64,000 nucleotides of DNA from Bacteroidales bacterium (GTDB taxonomy: Bacteria; Bacteroidota; Bacteroidia; Bacteroidales; PUMT01). Positions 43,566-51,862 of the stretch are shown piece by piece (positions within the stretch are counted from its first letter, which is position 1; each line of letters opens with the position of its first letter). The notes beneath the pieces were generated by a model that worked only from the letters and a program-made list of their open reading frames with translations, had not been told where the DNA came from and searched no databases. A program made the position numbers and the translations under genes. Location of the stretch: contig SLOE01000084.1 of NCBI GenBank assembly GCA_007132715.1, positions 6,329 to 70,328 on the forward strand, in the 5' to 3' direction.

Positions 43566-43695
43566 CTGTCAACAGCAGCTTGCGGCAGCCCCGGCTGCTC
43601 CACTGCAAGGATGATCTTTCCGTAAAGCATACTGCCAACTGTCAACAGCAACTTGCGGCAGCCCCGGCTGCTCCACTGCAAGGATGATCTTTCCG
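43566..43695. repeat. Intergenic direct repeat, 2 x 57 bp (1 mismatch), 16-bp gap
   Basis: ctgtcaacagca(g/a)cttgcggcagccccggctgctccactgcaaggatgatctttccg at 43566-43622 and 43639-43695. Confidence 0.95.
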
Positions 43696-43745
43696 CAGCA
43701 GGGACCGAGGAAACATGTTTCAGTTTTTTTCTTTAGTTTTGGAAA

Positions 43746-44660
43746 ATGCAAAGGCTTTTCCGCATCCTTCTCTACCTTTCGCTGCTTTTCTTTGCCTGGT
43801 ACCTGTACCGTGCCGAATATATCGTTTTCAAGGGCCTGTCCCCTGACCCGTTGCTGCTTACGCTTTCTTTGCTTCTGCTTTTTGCAGGCTTTGTGACAGG
43901 AGGAGTAAGCTGGGCAGCTGCCATGCGGCAGGAAGGCCACCAGGCAGGAATCGTAAAGGCGGTCATATCGCACGGATTGTATATATTCTCAAAATATATC
44001 CCCGGGAAGTTCTGGGTCATACTGGGCCGCGCATCATACATCAGTTCAGGAAAACGACATATGAAGCAACTGTCGCTTGCATCACTGCAGGAGCAGTTAC
44101 TGTTTGTCTGGTGGGGAATGATCCTGAGCCTGCCGCCAACATTCCTTATCCTGAAGAGACCATGGGTCGGGATCATTATTTTCGGGGTACTGCTGCTTCT
44201 TTCATTCCTGTTGTTCTCGGGGTGGTTCCACAGGATCTTCAGGCGGGTTCTGGAGAGGGTGCTGAAAAAAGAGTTCAGTTTCAGGCCGATGAAAGGCTCC
44301 TTTTTTTTGAAGGTCAGCATCCCTGTCCTGGTTTTCTGGCTGCTGTGGTCAGCCGGATTCTGGCTGCTGCTGCTTTCAATACATGGAGATGGAGGTCCGT
44401 TAACTGTTGGCAGTGCAGGTCCGCTTGCAGCGCTGATCTGGCCCGCAGCCATGACCTACGGTTTTGTGATTGTTATCCTGCCGGCCGGTATTGGTGTCAG
44501 GGAAGGAATCCTTGTCTCATTCCTTGTCGCCGGTGGCATGGAACCCCAGAGTGCAGTCACATTCTCAGTCATCTCACGCTTCTGGTTCGTTACAGGCGAA
44601 GTATTCCTTTTCCTTCTTGCTGCCTCAATGAAGGTACTTGCCACCGGCCAATCCGGTTAA
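43746..44660 (+). CDS. Lysylphosphatidylglycerol-synthase TM / flippase-like membrane protein
   Basis: Multi-TM; KYIPGKFW..LGR, PAGIGVREG, SRFW. Confidence 0.75.
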   Translation: MQRLFRILLYLSLLFFAWYLYRAEYIVFKGLSPDPLLLTLSLLLLFAGFVTGGVSWAAAMRQEGHQAGIVKAVISHGLYIFSKYIPGKFWVILGRASYISSGKRHMKQLSLASLQEQLLFVWWGMILSLPPTFLILKRPWVGIIIFGVLLLLSFLLFSGWFHRIFRRVLERVLKKEFSFRPMKGSFFLKVSIPVLVFWLLWSAGFWLLLLSIHGDGGPLTVGSAGPLAALIWPAAMTYGFVIVILPAGIGVREGILVSFLVAGGMEPQSAVTFSVISRFWFVTGEVFLFLLAASMKVLATGQSG

Positions 44661-44823
44661 CAATGAACCCGGAAAAACAGTCCGCCGGGGAGATTGCGAA
44701 GATGCACCCAATGGGGAAATTTCCACGAGGAGAGGCTGATAAAAACCAATCCGATGAGGAATCTTCCCGCCGGAGCGGTTGCGAAGATCAACCCCTCAGT
44801 GAAAGGTTTTTTCTTGCTTCCGG

Positions 44824-45249
44824 TCAGAGTTGAACGGTTAGCACATTGTCCTCCCGGGCAATTGTATATCTTTTTACCGCAGTTGATGCAGGGCCCTCCA
44901 CTACGGAACCGTCTGCCGCAAATATCGACCCATGGCACGGACAGGGGAAATTGCCGTTTGAGTGATTGTAGGTTATCTGACAGCCGTTATGCGTACATAC
45001 GGCGGACAAGGCAACAAACTGGTCATTCCCGATATTTGCAATGATAATATTATTAATGACAACAGCATTCCCAGCCGTGTTCAGCAGTGTGTAATCCTGG
45101 GAATCCAGATCGATAACGATGTTATTTCCGTTACCGTCAGGAGGATCAATATCATTATCATCATCCTTGCTGCACGAGACAACGGTAAGGGGAATTACAA
45201 CAGCAGCGCCTGCCTGCATGGTTCTTAACAAAAACTCTCTTCTTTGCAT
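44824..45249 (-). CDS. Rieske [2Fe-2S] lipoprotein with Tat signal
   Basis: QRREFL twin-arginine motif, lipobox VVSC, Rieske boxes CTHNGC and CPCHGS, then GPA. Confidence 0.92.
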   Translation of the reverse strand: MQRREFLLRTMQAGAAVVIPLTVVSCSKDDDNDIDPPDGNGNNIVIDLDSQDYTLLNTAGNAVVINNIIIANIGNDQFVALSAVCTHNGCQITYNHSNGNFPCPCHGSIFAADGSVVEGPASTAVKRYTIAREDNVLTVQL

Positions 45250-45295
45250 GATTTGTATTCTAAGTTAAACATCCCTGAAAGACTCTCCGAAAAAA

Positions 45296-46159
45296 TCATA
45301 AATAAAAAACACGTGTAATAGTGAACCCGAAAAATATATCGCCTTCTTGCCACTGCCCCGTTGTATTTACAAGCCAGGCCTTATCAGCTATCCCCTGGGT
45401 ATTGGAAAAGAAAAGCTGAAAAACATGGCCGCCTGTTTCTATGTCAAAACCAACTGACAGCGGATTGGTGCGGTTAACACCATCATCGATGATTGAGGGA
45501 ATATATTCGATGTTCAGGTGGGTCATCGGGGTCAGCCTGACCCTTGTTGCGGCTCCGAGTGAAAAATGATTTACAGCAGACATGGTCTCGGGCAGATAGC
45601 TGCTTCTTAACAAAATGGAGCTGATTTGCAGTGAAAAAAGTTCTGAAAACTTCCTGCTCACCATAAGGCTGTGTATAAAACTCGTTTTGTCAAGGAAGTT
45701 GTCATGCTGTTCGGGGTAAATGTTGCGTATTGTCGCCTGCGAGGCAGCCGCGTAGTAGGTAAGGCTGAAGGGGTACCGGAGCCTTCCTTCCTGGGTGATC
45801 AATCTCGCCTTAAGATAACCGTCCCAGTTTTTCTGGAATGTGCTGCGCCCCATACCGGCAGCCAGCCATGAATTTATCCCGTAATCCAGTCCCAGCCGTA
45901 TGGTTGCCATATCCAGCCCGAACATATTGTAAAAGCCCCTCTGAACGTTCCCGAAACGGTGACCTACGGTAAATGCAAGCTCACCGGGATAAGGATTCTC
46001 GACCGATTGCATATTAACAATACGGGTGCTTCTGAAAGTCTTGAGAGGCAGGCTGACAACATCATCCCATCCCCCAAACTCATCAAACATGTTGTCTGTT
46101 ATCTGGGCTGTAAGCAATGTACCTGTCAGCAACAAGGTTAATACAGCAAATGTCTTCAT
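45296..46159 (-). CDS. Outer-membrane beta-barrel protein (DUF5777-like)
   Basis: Signal peptide LTA|Q; HRFG...FGLD, GFDIETGGHVFQLFFSN, terminal FFGFTITRVFYL; family recalled from motifs; ATG 46159 preferred over TTG 46171. Confidence 0.72.
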   Translation of the reverse strand: MKTFAVLTLLLTGTLLTAQITDNMFDEFGGWDDVVSLPLKTFRSTRIVNMQSVENPYPGELAFTVGHRFGNVQRGFYNMFGLDMATIRLGLDYGINSWLAAGMGRSTFQKNWDGYLKARLITQEGRLRYPFSLTYYAAASQATIRNIYPEQHDNFLDKTSFIHSLMVSRKFSELFSLQISSILLRSSYLPETMSAVNHFSLGAATRVRLTPMTHLNIEYIPSIIDDGVNRTNPLSVGFDIETGGHVFQLFFSNTQGIADKAWLVNTTGQWQEGDIFFGFTITRVFYL

Positions 46160-46167
46160 AGAAATAT

Positions 46168-46719
46168 TCAATTTACCGGAGCCAGCCTTATATCCACTGT
46201 AACCTCTACGACTTCGGCGATGTTGCGGACCAGCATCCTGGGAATTCTGATATCATAATCTTCCAGGCTTACAGGAAAAACCGCACGGCATACATAATGC
46301 GGACCCGACCTTCTGAACGACCCGGCAACCGCAACCTCGTTGGTAACACCACGTATGGTCATGTTTCCCCTTACGGTAACTTCATCGGGGTAACCATCTT
46401 CGGCAAATTCATCAAAACCCTCAATATATCCATCAAACCTGGCTTCGGGATAATTATGCGACTCCATGTAGTTTTCATTGAAATGCTTCTGCATGAGAGA
46501 CTTTCTGAACTGAAAATCCTCAATCCTCATTCTGACTGCGATCTCTCCCGAGGAATTGTCAAGAAGAGCCTGAACCCTGCTGTTTACAGCCTCTATATCC
46601 TCAATCGGAGCTGAAGAAAAAAAGGATATCTTTCCTTCCCGGGTAAAATGCGTGATTTGAGCAATTCCGGAAAAGGAGATTGTTATGATAAGGGCAACTA
46701 TAGAAACTATTGTCTTCAT
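46168..46719 (-). CDS. YceI family (polyisoprenoid/lipid-binding) periplasmic protein
   Basis: Signal peptide GIA|Q; ISFFSSAPIEDIEA.N, F.F.KSLMQKHFNENYMES..YP, GNMTIRGVT. Confidence 0.85.
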   Translation of the reverse strand: MKTIVSIVALIITISFSGIAQITHFTREGKISFFSSAPIEDIEAVNSRVQALLDNSSGEIAVRMRIEDFQFRKSLMQKHFNENYMESHNYPEARFDGYIEGFDEFAEDGYPDEVTVRGNMTIRGVTNEVAVAGSFRRSGPHYVCRAVFPVSLEDYDIRIPRMLVRNIAEVVEVTVDIRLAPVN

Positions 46720-46792
46720 GCCGGTTTTTATCAAGTAACAAATCTGCTGGCAGCTTTGTTTAACCGGCAAAAAAAAAGTTAACAGCCAGAAT

Positions 46793-48985
46793 TTACCCTA
46801 TCTCAAGGTTTGATATCTCCTCTGTGATCCTGTAAGGGTATTCAGGATACTCGAACAGCGGCATCCTGGGTTCGGTCTCACCTATCGAATACCCCCATAT
46901 GCTCAGGTATTCATCTATATTCTCACCCATGTCCTCAAGCTGATGAAGATATTCACCCACAGGTTTACTCTCTATTATGATCATCTTTCCCAGCTTGTTT
47001 ATAATAGGACTGTGCCAGCGGTTGTGATCATGATCAAACTCGAGTATGCGGCGCCCCCACCTTGTTATGCCTATAGTTCTGAATGTCATGCTCTTGCCGA
47101 CTGCCGGAAGATTGATCACGTTCCTGTCCGTCGCGAGGAACGGGATACCGTTTTCTTCCCTGATAGCTTCAAGGTTCTCTTTCATCCTCTCCGGCTCATC
47201 AGAGAGGCTCCTGATCTTCTCACGGTAATTACCGGTTAAGGCACCTATATACTTCTCCTCCTCCTGCTCCTGAACGGCACGTGCATTGGTTGCATAGTTG
47301 AATGTGTTTTCAAGGAATCCCTTGACCGAAAATGTGTAATAGGTTACAACACCGATGTCGTTCAGCACCTTTCTCAGCATGGCAGTATGCCCCCTCCTTG
47401 ATGCTGCGGAAGTGAAGACAAGCTGGTTGACAACCATCCATCCGGCATCTATCAGTCTCCTGACAGCAATTTCGGCTTCAGGTGTCACCTCCATGGGGCT
47501 TTCAAAATGGGTCTGTACGACAAACTGCTTAATGCCCGCTGCCGCAGCCTTCTTCCTGAAGCCGGCGAGAATCTGCTGCAGACTGGGAGTTACCCTCTGG
47601 GGAAGATAGGCCAACAGCCTGGTACCAAGCCTTATCCTCAGTATCCCGGCATATTTTTCACCATCAGGTCTCTTTTTGTTGGCCTCCCTCTTCCTGACAG
47701 CCATATCATAAACCTGATCGAGTATCTTTTCAAGAGACTTGTCGCGGCTCATCAGTGCATCTCCCCCGGTGATCAGGATATCCCTGAGCTGCGTATCACT
47801 TTCGTAATAATCAAGCAGCCTTTTCAGCTTCTCATCCCAGGTCTCTTTGGGCTTCAGCTTGTCAAGGTTGAAATTAAGGTTGCCCCTCTGAAAATCATAC
47901 ATCCTCTGGCAGGATACACAAAGTCCCCCGCAGGCCCTGCCCATTGTGTCAGGTATCATAATGGCAACTTCAGGATACCGCCGGTGCACATTGTGGTGAG
48001 AGGGAAGCAGCCATCCCGCAGCATTCGGCTTTCCGGGCTCAACCTTATCCTCCTTCTCCCATGCCTCAATATTTCCGAACTGATCAATCAGCGGTTTGGA
48101 ATATATTACATAGTGCCGTATTGCAAGATCCGCTCCGGCAGTAAATCCCGGGGTCCTGGTACTAAGAAGGGATATATAATAGGGATTGACAAAGAATGGT
48201 ATACCCTTTTTCTCAGCTCTTTCCAGTAATTTCTGGGTATCAAGATCGAGAGAATAGTCCAGCAGCTCGTTCAGCAAAGCTGGCGACCTGACTGCAAACC
48301 TCAGGTGAAACATATAGTCGTCCCACCATTCTTTTACTTTTGCGACCTTCTCATCGTAACTCATTCCCTCCTTGAAAAAATACCTGGTCTCACCCGGTTC
48401 GCAGCTTTCAATCCTCTCCACCAGCACCCTTATGATCCTTTCCCTGTTCTTCCCACGTTCTTTTATGATCTCCGGTTCCAGACCGTGCCTCCACCGATTC
48501 ATCCACTGTTCCACCTTCTGCTTGTCCGGCCTGCCCCGGGGAAGCTGTCCCGTAAGCTGCCTGAAGAGATTGATCATATCGTCAAAGAAAAGGGGTTTGG
48601 CTCCGCCTGTCCCGTTCCTGGACCCAAGCCACAGAAGGTTGAATGGGTCACTTACCGTGATCTCCCCACTCCTGTATGGATTCGGAAATCCCCGGCCGGC
48701 GTTGTCAAGATAATCCAGGATCCGTATAGCAGCCAGGTCCTGCCAGCGTAATCTTCCGTATGCCTCAGGCCCCTTTTCTTCCCTACGGTAATATGCCAGA
48801 GCATGTATGTTTGTATCCAGCACCTCTTCGGCCCACCTGCGTATCAATTCCTTTGCCTTATCCTCAGTATCCGATCCGGAAAATATCTTTTTCAGTCGTG
48901 GGTTCTCACTGAACAGACGACGGAGAAGCTTCGAAGATTTGACAGACAATGCTATTTTTTCAGGATAATAGTGCATAACAATCAC
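46793..48985 (-). CDS. KamA-family radical SAM aminomutase-like protein, long form
   Basis: HRRYP, CGGLCVSCQR (CxxxCxxC), DILITGGD.L, IRLGTR, QTHF..P.E, VVNQ, LPAVGK; start 48985 (GTG) or 48976. Confidence 0.85.
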   Translation of the reverse strand: MIVMHYYPEKIALSVKSSKLLRRLFSENPRLKKIFSGSDTEDKAKELIRRWAEEVLDTNIHALAYYRREEKGPEAYGRLRWQDLAAIRILDYLDNAGRGFPNPYRSGEITVSDPFNLLWLGSRNGTGGAKPLFFDDMINLFRQLTGQLPRGRPDKQKVEQWMNRWRHGLEPEIIKERGKNRERIIRVLVERIESCEPGETRYFFKEGMSYDEKVAKVKEWWDDYMFHLRFAVRSPALLNELLDYSLDLDTQKLLERAEKKGIPFFVNPYYISLLSTRTPGFTAGADLAIRHYVIYSKPLIDQFGNIEAWEKEDKVEPGKPNAAGWLLPSHHNVHRRYPEVAIMIPDTMGRACGGLCVSCQRMYDFQRGNLNFNLDKLKPKETWDEKLKRLLDYYESDTQLRDILITGGDALMSRDKSLEKILDQVYDMAVRKREANKKRPDGEKYAGILRIRLGTRLLAYLPQRVTPSLQQILAGFRKKAAAAGIKQFVVQTHFESPMEVTPEAEIAVRRLIDAGWMVVNQLVFTSAASRRGHTAMLRKVLNDIGVVTYYTFSVKGFLENTFNYATNARAVQEQEEEKYIGALTGNYREKIRSLSDEPERMKENLEAIREENGIPFLATDRNVINLPAVGKSMTFRTIGITRWGRRILEFDHDHNRWHSPIINKLGKMIIIESKPVGEYLHQLEDMGENIDEYLSIWGYSIGETEPRMPLFEYPEYPYRITEEISNLEIG

Positions 48986-49110
48986 AATTTTGCTTCCAGC
49001 GATATTGTAAAAATACTAAAACCGGAGCTATCCGGAAAGTTTATCGCTGCCGGCAGGCATCGATAAATTTTAAAAAACCCTAATTTAGCATAATAATAAC
49101 CAGGGATATC

Positions 49111-50340
49111 ATGCAAAGAGGAAAAGACACCAAACCGCATATTGGCATATACGGGAGGCGAAACAACGGTAAAAGCACCCTTATAAACATGCTGGCGGGT
49201 CACGAAATAGCAATAGTAAGCGAAGTAGCCGGCACAACGACCGACCCGGTCAGAAAGTCATTCGAGATTACGGGGTTCGGACCGGTAGTTCTTATTGATA
49301 CGGCCGGATCGGATGACACCGGCGAACTTGGAGAAAAACGCATCTCCAAAACCCTGCATACCCTTCACACAGTCGACCTGGCTATCCTGGTCATTACACG
49401 GAACAACTTTGAAAAGCCGGAAAAGAGACTGGTGGCCGAATTCCGGAAACTCAGACTGCCGTTCATAATTGTGCACAGCAAGTCCGACCTTGAAAAGCTT
49501 TCAGCCGGAACAAAAGACCTGATTGAAAAATATACCGGGACCGGTGTCATTGAGTTCAGCAGTGTTGACGGCAAATACCCTGAAGAGATAATCTCAGCAA
49601 TAAGGTCGTCAATTCCCGGGTCGGCATGGAGTAGCGCGGGACTGGTGGGTGATCTTCTGAGCCATGGTGACATTGTCCTTCTCATTACACCCATCGATGT
49701 GCAGGCACCGGCAGGAAGGCTTATCCTGCCGCAGGTACAGGCTATACGCGATATAATTGACAATGACTGTGTGGCAGTGGTCCTCAAGGAGAGGGAGGTG
49801 GATGCCTTCCTGAGAAAAACAGGTATACGGCCCAGGCTGGCAATAACCGACAGCCAGATCTTTGTAAAGGCGGATGCCTCGATACCCCCGGATATCATGC
49901 TGACCTCCTTCAGCATCATTCTTGCAAGGCAGAAAGGAGACTTTGAGCTATATCTGAAAGGAACGCCTGCAATATCTGACCTGAAAGACGGTGACCGCAT
50001 CCTGATTCTTGAATCGTGTACCCACCATGTATCGTGCGATGATATCGGCCGTGTCAAGATACCCAGGTGGATCAGCAACTTTACCGGCAAAAAGCTGGAG
50101 TTCGAAGTGGTCGGGGGACTGGCTGAATGGCCCCGGCCGGTAACAGATTATGCGCTGGTAATACAGTGCGGGGGGTGCGTTATAACACGCAGGCAGCTCA
50201 TTAACAGGATCAGGCAGGCAGCCGACGCCGGGGTGCCCGTAACCAATTACGGCATGGCAATCGCATGGGTGCAGGGTATTTACAAGAGGGCCGTTGCCCC
50301 GTTCACCGGAGGCAGCAAAGGTGAAGCTGACTATCTGTAA
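49111..50340 (+). CDS. hydF: [FeFe]-hydrogenase H-cluster maturation GTPase HydF
   Basis: GRRNNGKS, GTTTDPV, DTAG, APAGRLILPQVQ, TDSQ, ESCTHH..CDDIGRVKIP, CGGC, TNYG. Confidence 0.95.
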   Translation: MQRGKDTKPHIGIYGRRNNGKSTLINMLAGHEIAIVSEVAGTTTDPVRKSFEITGFGPVVLIDTAGSDDTGELGEKRISKTLHTLHTVDLAILVITRNNFEKPEKRLVAEFRKLRLPFIIVHSKSDLEKLSAGTKDLIEKYTGTGVIEFSSVDGKYPEEIISAIRSSIPGSAWSSAGLVGDLLSHGDIVLLITPIDVQAPAGRLILPQVQAIRDIIDNDCVAVVLKEREVDAFLRKTGIRPRLAITDSQIFVKADASIPPDIMLTSFSIILARQKGDFELYLKGTPAISDLKDGDRILILESCTHHVSCDDIGRVKIPRWISNFTGKKLEFEVVGGLAEWPRPVTDYALVIQCGGCVITRRQLINRIRQAADAGVPVTNYGMAIAWVQGIYKRAVAPFTGGSKGEADYL

Positions 50341-50360
50341 GCAACCGTATCGCCCCTTAC

Positions 50361-50399
50361 AATAAAACGGTGGGGAAGCACTTACGTACTCCCCCACCG
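50361..50399 (-). terminator. Hairpin between convergent hydF and the Gly-rich OMP gene; likely terminator
   Basis: CGGTGGGG / CCCCACCG stem with TTTTATT tail on the minus strand. Confidence 0.6.
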
Positions 50400-50450
50400 A
50401 ACCAAATTAACCCACCTATAAACCTAAAACTTAACCTAAATTATGAAAAA

Positions 50451-51662
50451 CTACCAAAACCTGAATCCTGCGTTTATACCTGCCCAAACCCAGGTGTCAG
50501 CATGCCTGCTGCTAAACTCAAAGATATGGTATGGTGCAATCCTGGTTCCGTTGTTTCCTTCGCGGCCCTCTCTTATCACCTGAAAATTCAGTACAGGGCC
50601 TGCAAAAAACTGCCATCTGTCATCAAGATCTGCGGCATATGTTACCCGAAGCTGGTTCAGTACATTTACCCTGTCATATTCCCACCACCTTTTCTCCATA
50701 AGGTGATGCGAAATGATCTCAACATTCAGGTAACGGTCATCCCGGAGGTTAAACTCCGAACCAATACCGTATCCGTAACTAATAACTGTATTATCCTGCA
50801 AAAATTGAGTTCCAAATGTTAAAATATTATAAAATTTTCTCACACCTGTCTTCAGCCCAATGCCAATGTTCATGGCATCTCCTCCATACAATTCAACCTT
50901 CCTGTAACCGTCCCTTACAATACTTACCAGTCCGATCGGCAACCCGTCAACCGAGTCGGCAATATTCACAAGACCTACCTGCACTCCCTTTACATTTCCG
51001 GCCACGTTAACGATTCCGGCTGCCTGTATACCCTCAACCTTGCCGGCCACATTTACAAATCCGGAGCCCTGAACACCATCTACTTCCCCGGCAATTCCGG
51101 CAAAACCCGATATCTGTACGCCAGTGAGCTTCCCCCCGGTCACACTGCCAAACCCCGAAGCCTGAACACCTTCAAAGTTGCCCGAAGTAACCCCGGCAAA
51201 ACCGCTGCCCTGCAGACCTCTTGCATTACCGTCAATAATATTGCCAAAACCGGCACCCTGAAGTACCCTGGCTTCGCCATTTACAACGTTCAGAAAGCCT
51301 GCTCCCTGTATTCCCTTAACGTTCGAACCGCTCACGTTAAGGAAACCTGAAAACTGCACTCCATCAACCTCTCCGCCTGTGATATTTCCAAATCCTGAAG
51401 CCTGTAGTCCGGTAACCGAATACCTGTTGATATTCAGGAATCCCCCGAATTCAATTCCGTCAACACCTCCTGTGACTCCCCCGAACAGATTCAGCGATAC
51501 ATTGTAAACATAGTTATGGCTGTAGGCACCCTCTGTGCCGACAAGGGGGAAAACACTTAACTGAAAGGGCCTGGTTTCAGGAACCTCGTCATTCTGCGCG
51601 CTCACAGGGCCGGCTGTTACAATAAAGCAAACCAGGATAGAGGCAAAAACGTTCTTCTTCAT
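50451..51662 (-). CDS. Secreted/outer-membrane protein with Gly-rich 15-16 aa repeats (LA_2272-like) and a probable C-terminal beta-barrel
   Basis: Signal peptide VSA|Q; about 11-12 repeats GxQxxGFxNxxxG; C-terminus WAGINAGFRFW. Confidence 0.75.
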   Translation of the reverse strand: MKKNVFASILVCFIVTAGPVSAQNDEVPETRPFQLSVFPLVGTEGAYSHNYVYNVSLNLFGGVTGGVDGIEFGGFLNINRYSVTGLQASGFGNITGGEVDGVQFSGFLNVSGSNVKGIQGAGFLNVVNGEARVLQGAGFGNIIDGNARGLQGSGFAGVTSGNFEGVQASGFGSVTGGKLTGVQISGFAGIAGEVDGVQGSGFVNVAGKVEGIQAAGIVNVAGNVKGVQVGLVNIADSVDGLPIGLVSIVRDGYRKVELYGGDAMNIGIGLKTGVRKFYNILTFGTQFLQDNTVISYGYGIGSEFNLRDDRYLNVEIISHHLMEKRWWEYDRVNVLNQLRVTYAADLDDRWQFFAGPVLNFQVIREGREGNNGTRIAPYHIFEFSSRHADTWVWAGINAGFRFW

Positions 51663-51724
51663 AATATAAAATTTATTCTTATCATTATTTTAGTTCATGT
51701 CAGGCCGGGCATGTTTTAACTTCA

Positions 51725-51740
51725 ATCAATGTTTGTGCCA
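51725..51740 (-). promoter_or_regulatory. Sigma54-like promoter of the Gly-rich OMP gene
   Basis: TGGCACAAACATTGAT (GG-N10-GA), 62 nt upstream of the ATG. Confidence 0.5.
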
Positions 51741-51862
51741 TCATCATTAATCCACTGAATATCCGCCACTAAAACAAACTTTAAGAATGCGGCGTATACC
51801 TGCCTGCTGTCCGGTACCGTACAACAGGCGTACATCAGCACCTGCAGAACTGACAGCGTCTG

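Noticed and set aside
43566-43695. CRISPR array
   Set aside because: Only two 57-bp copies with a 16-bp gap and no cas genes; the dimensions do not fit.
44111-44833. 240-aa alternative-frame ORF, and 43569-43973 / 43772-44452
   Set aside because: They overlap the flippase-like CDS or the repeat and lack protein-like features.
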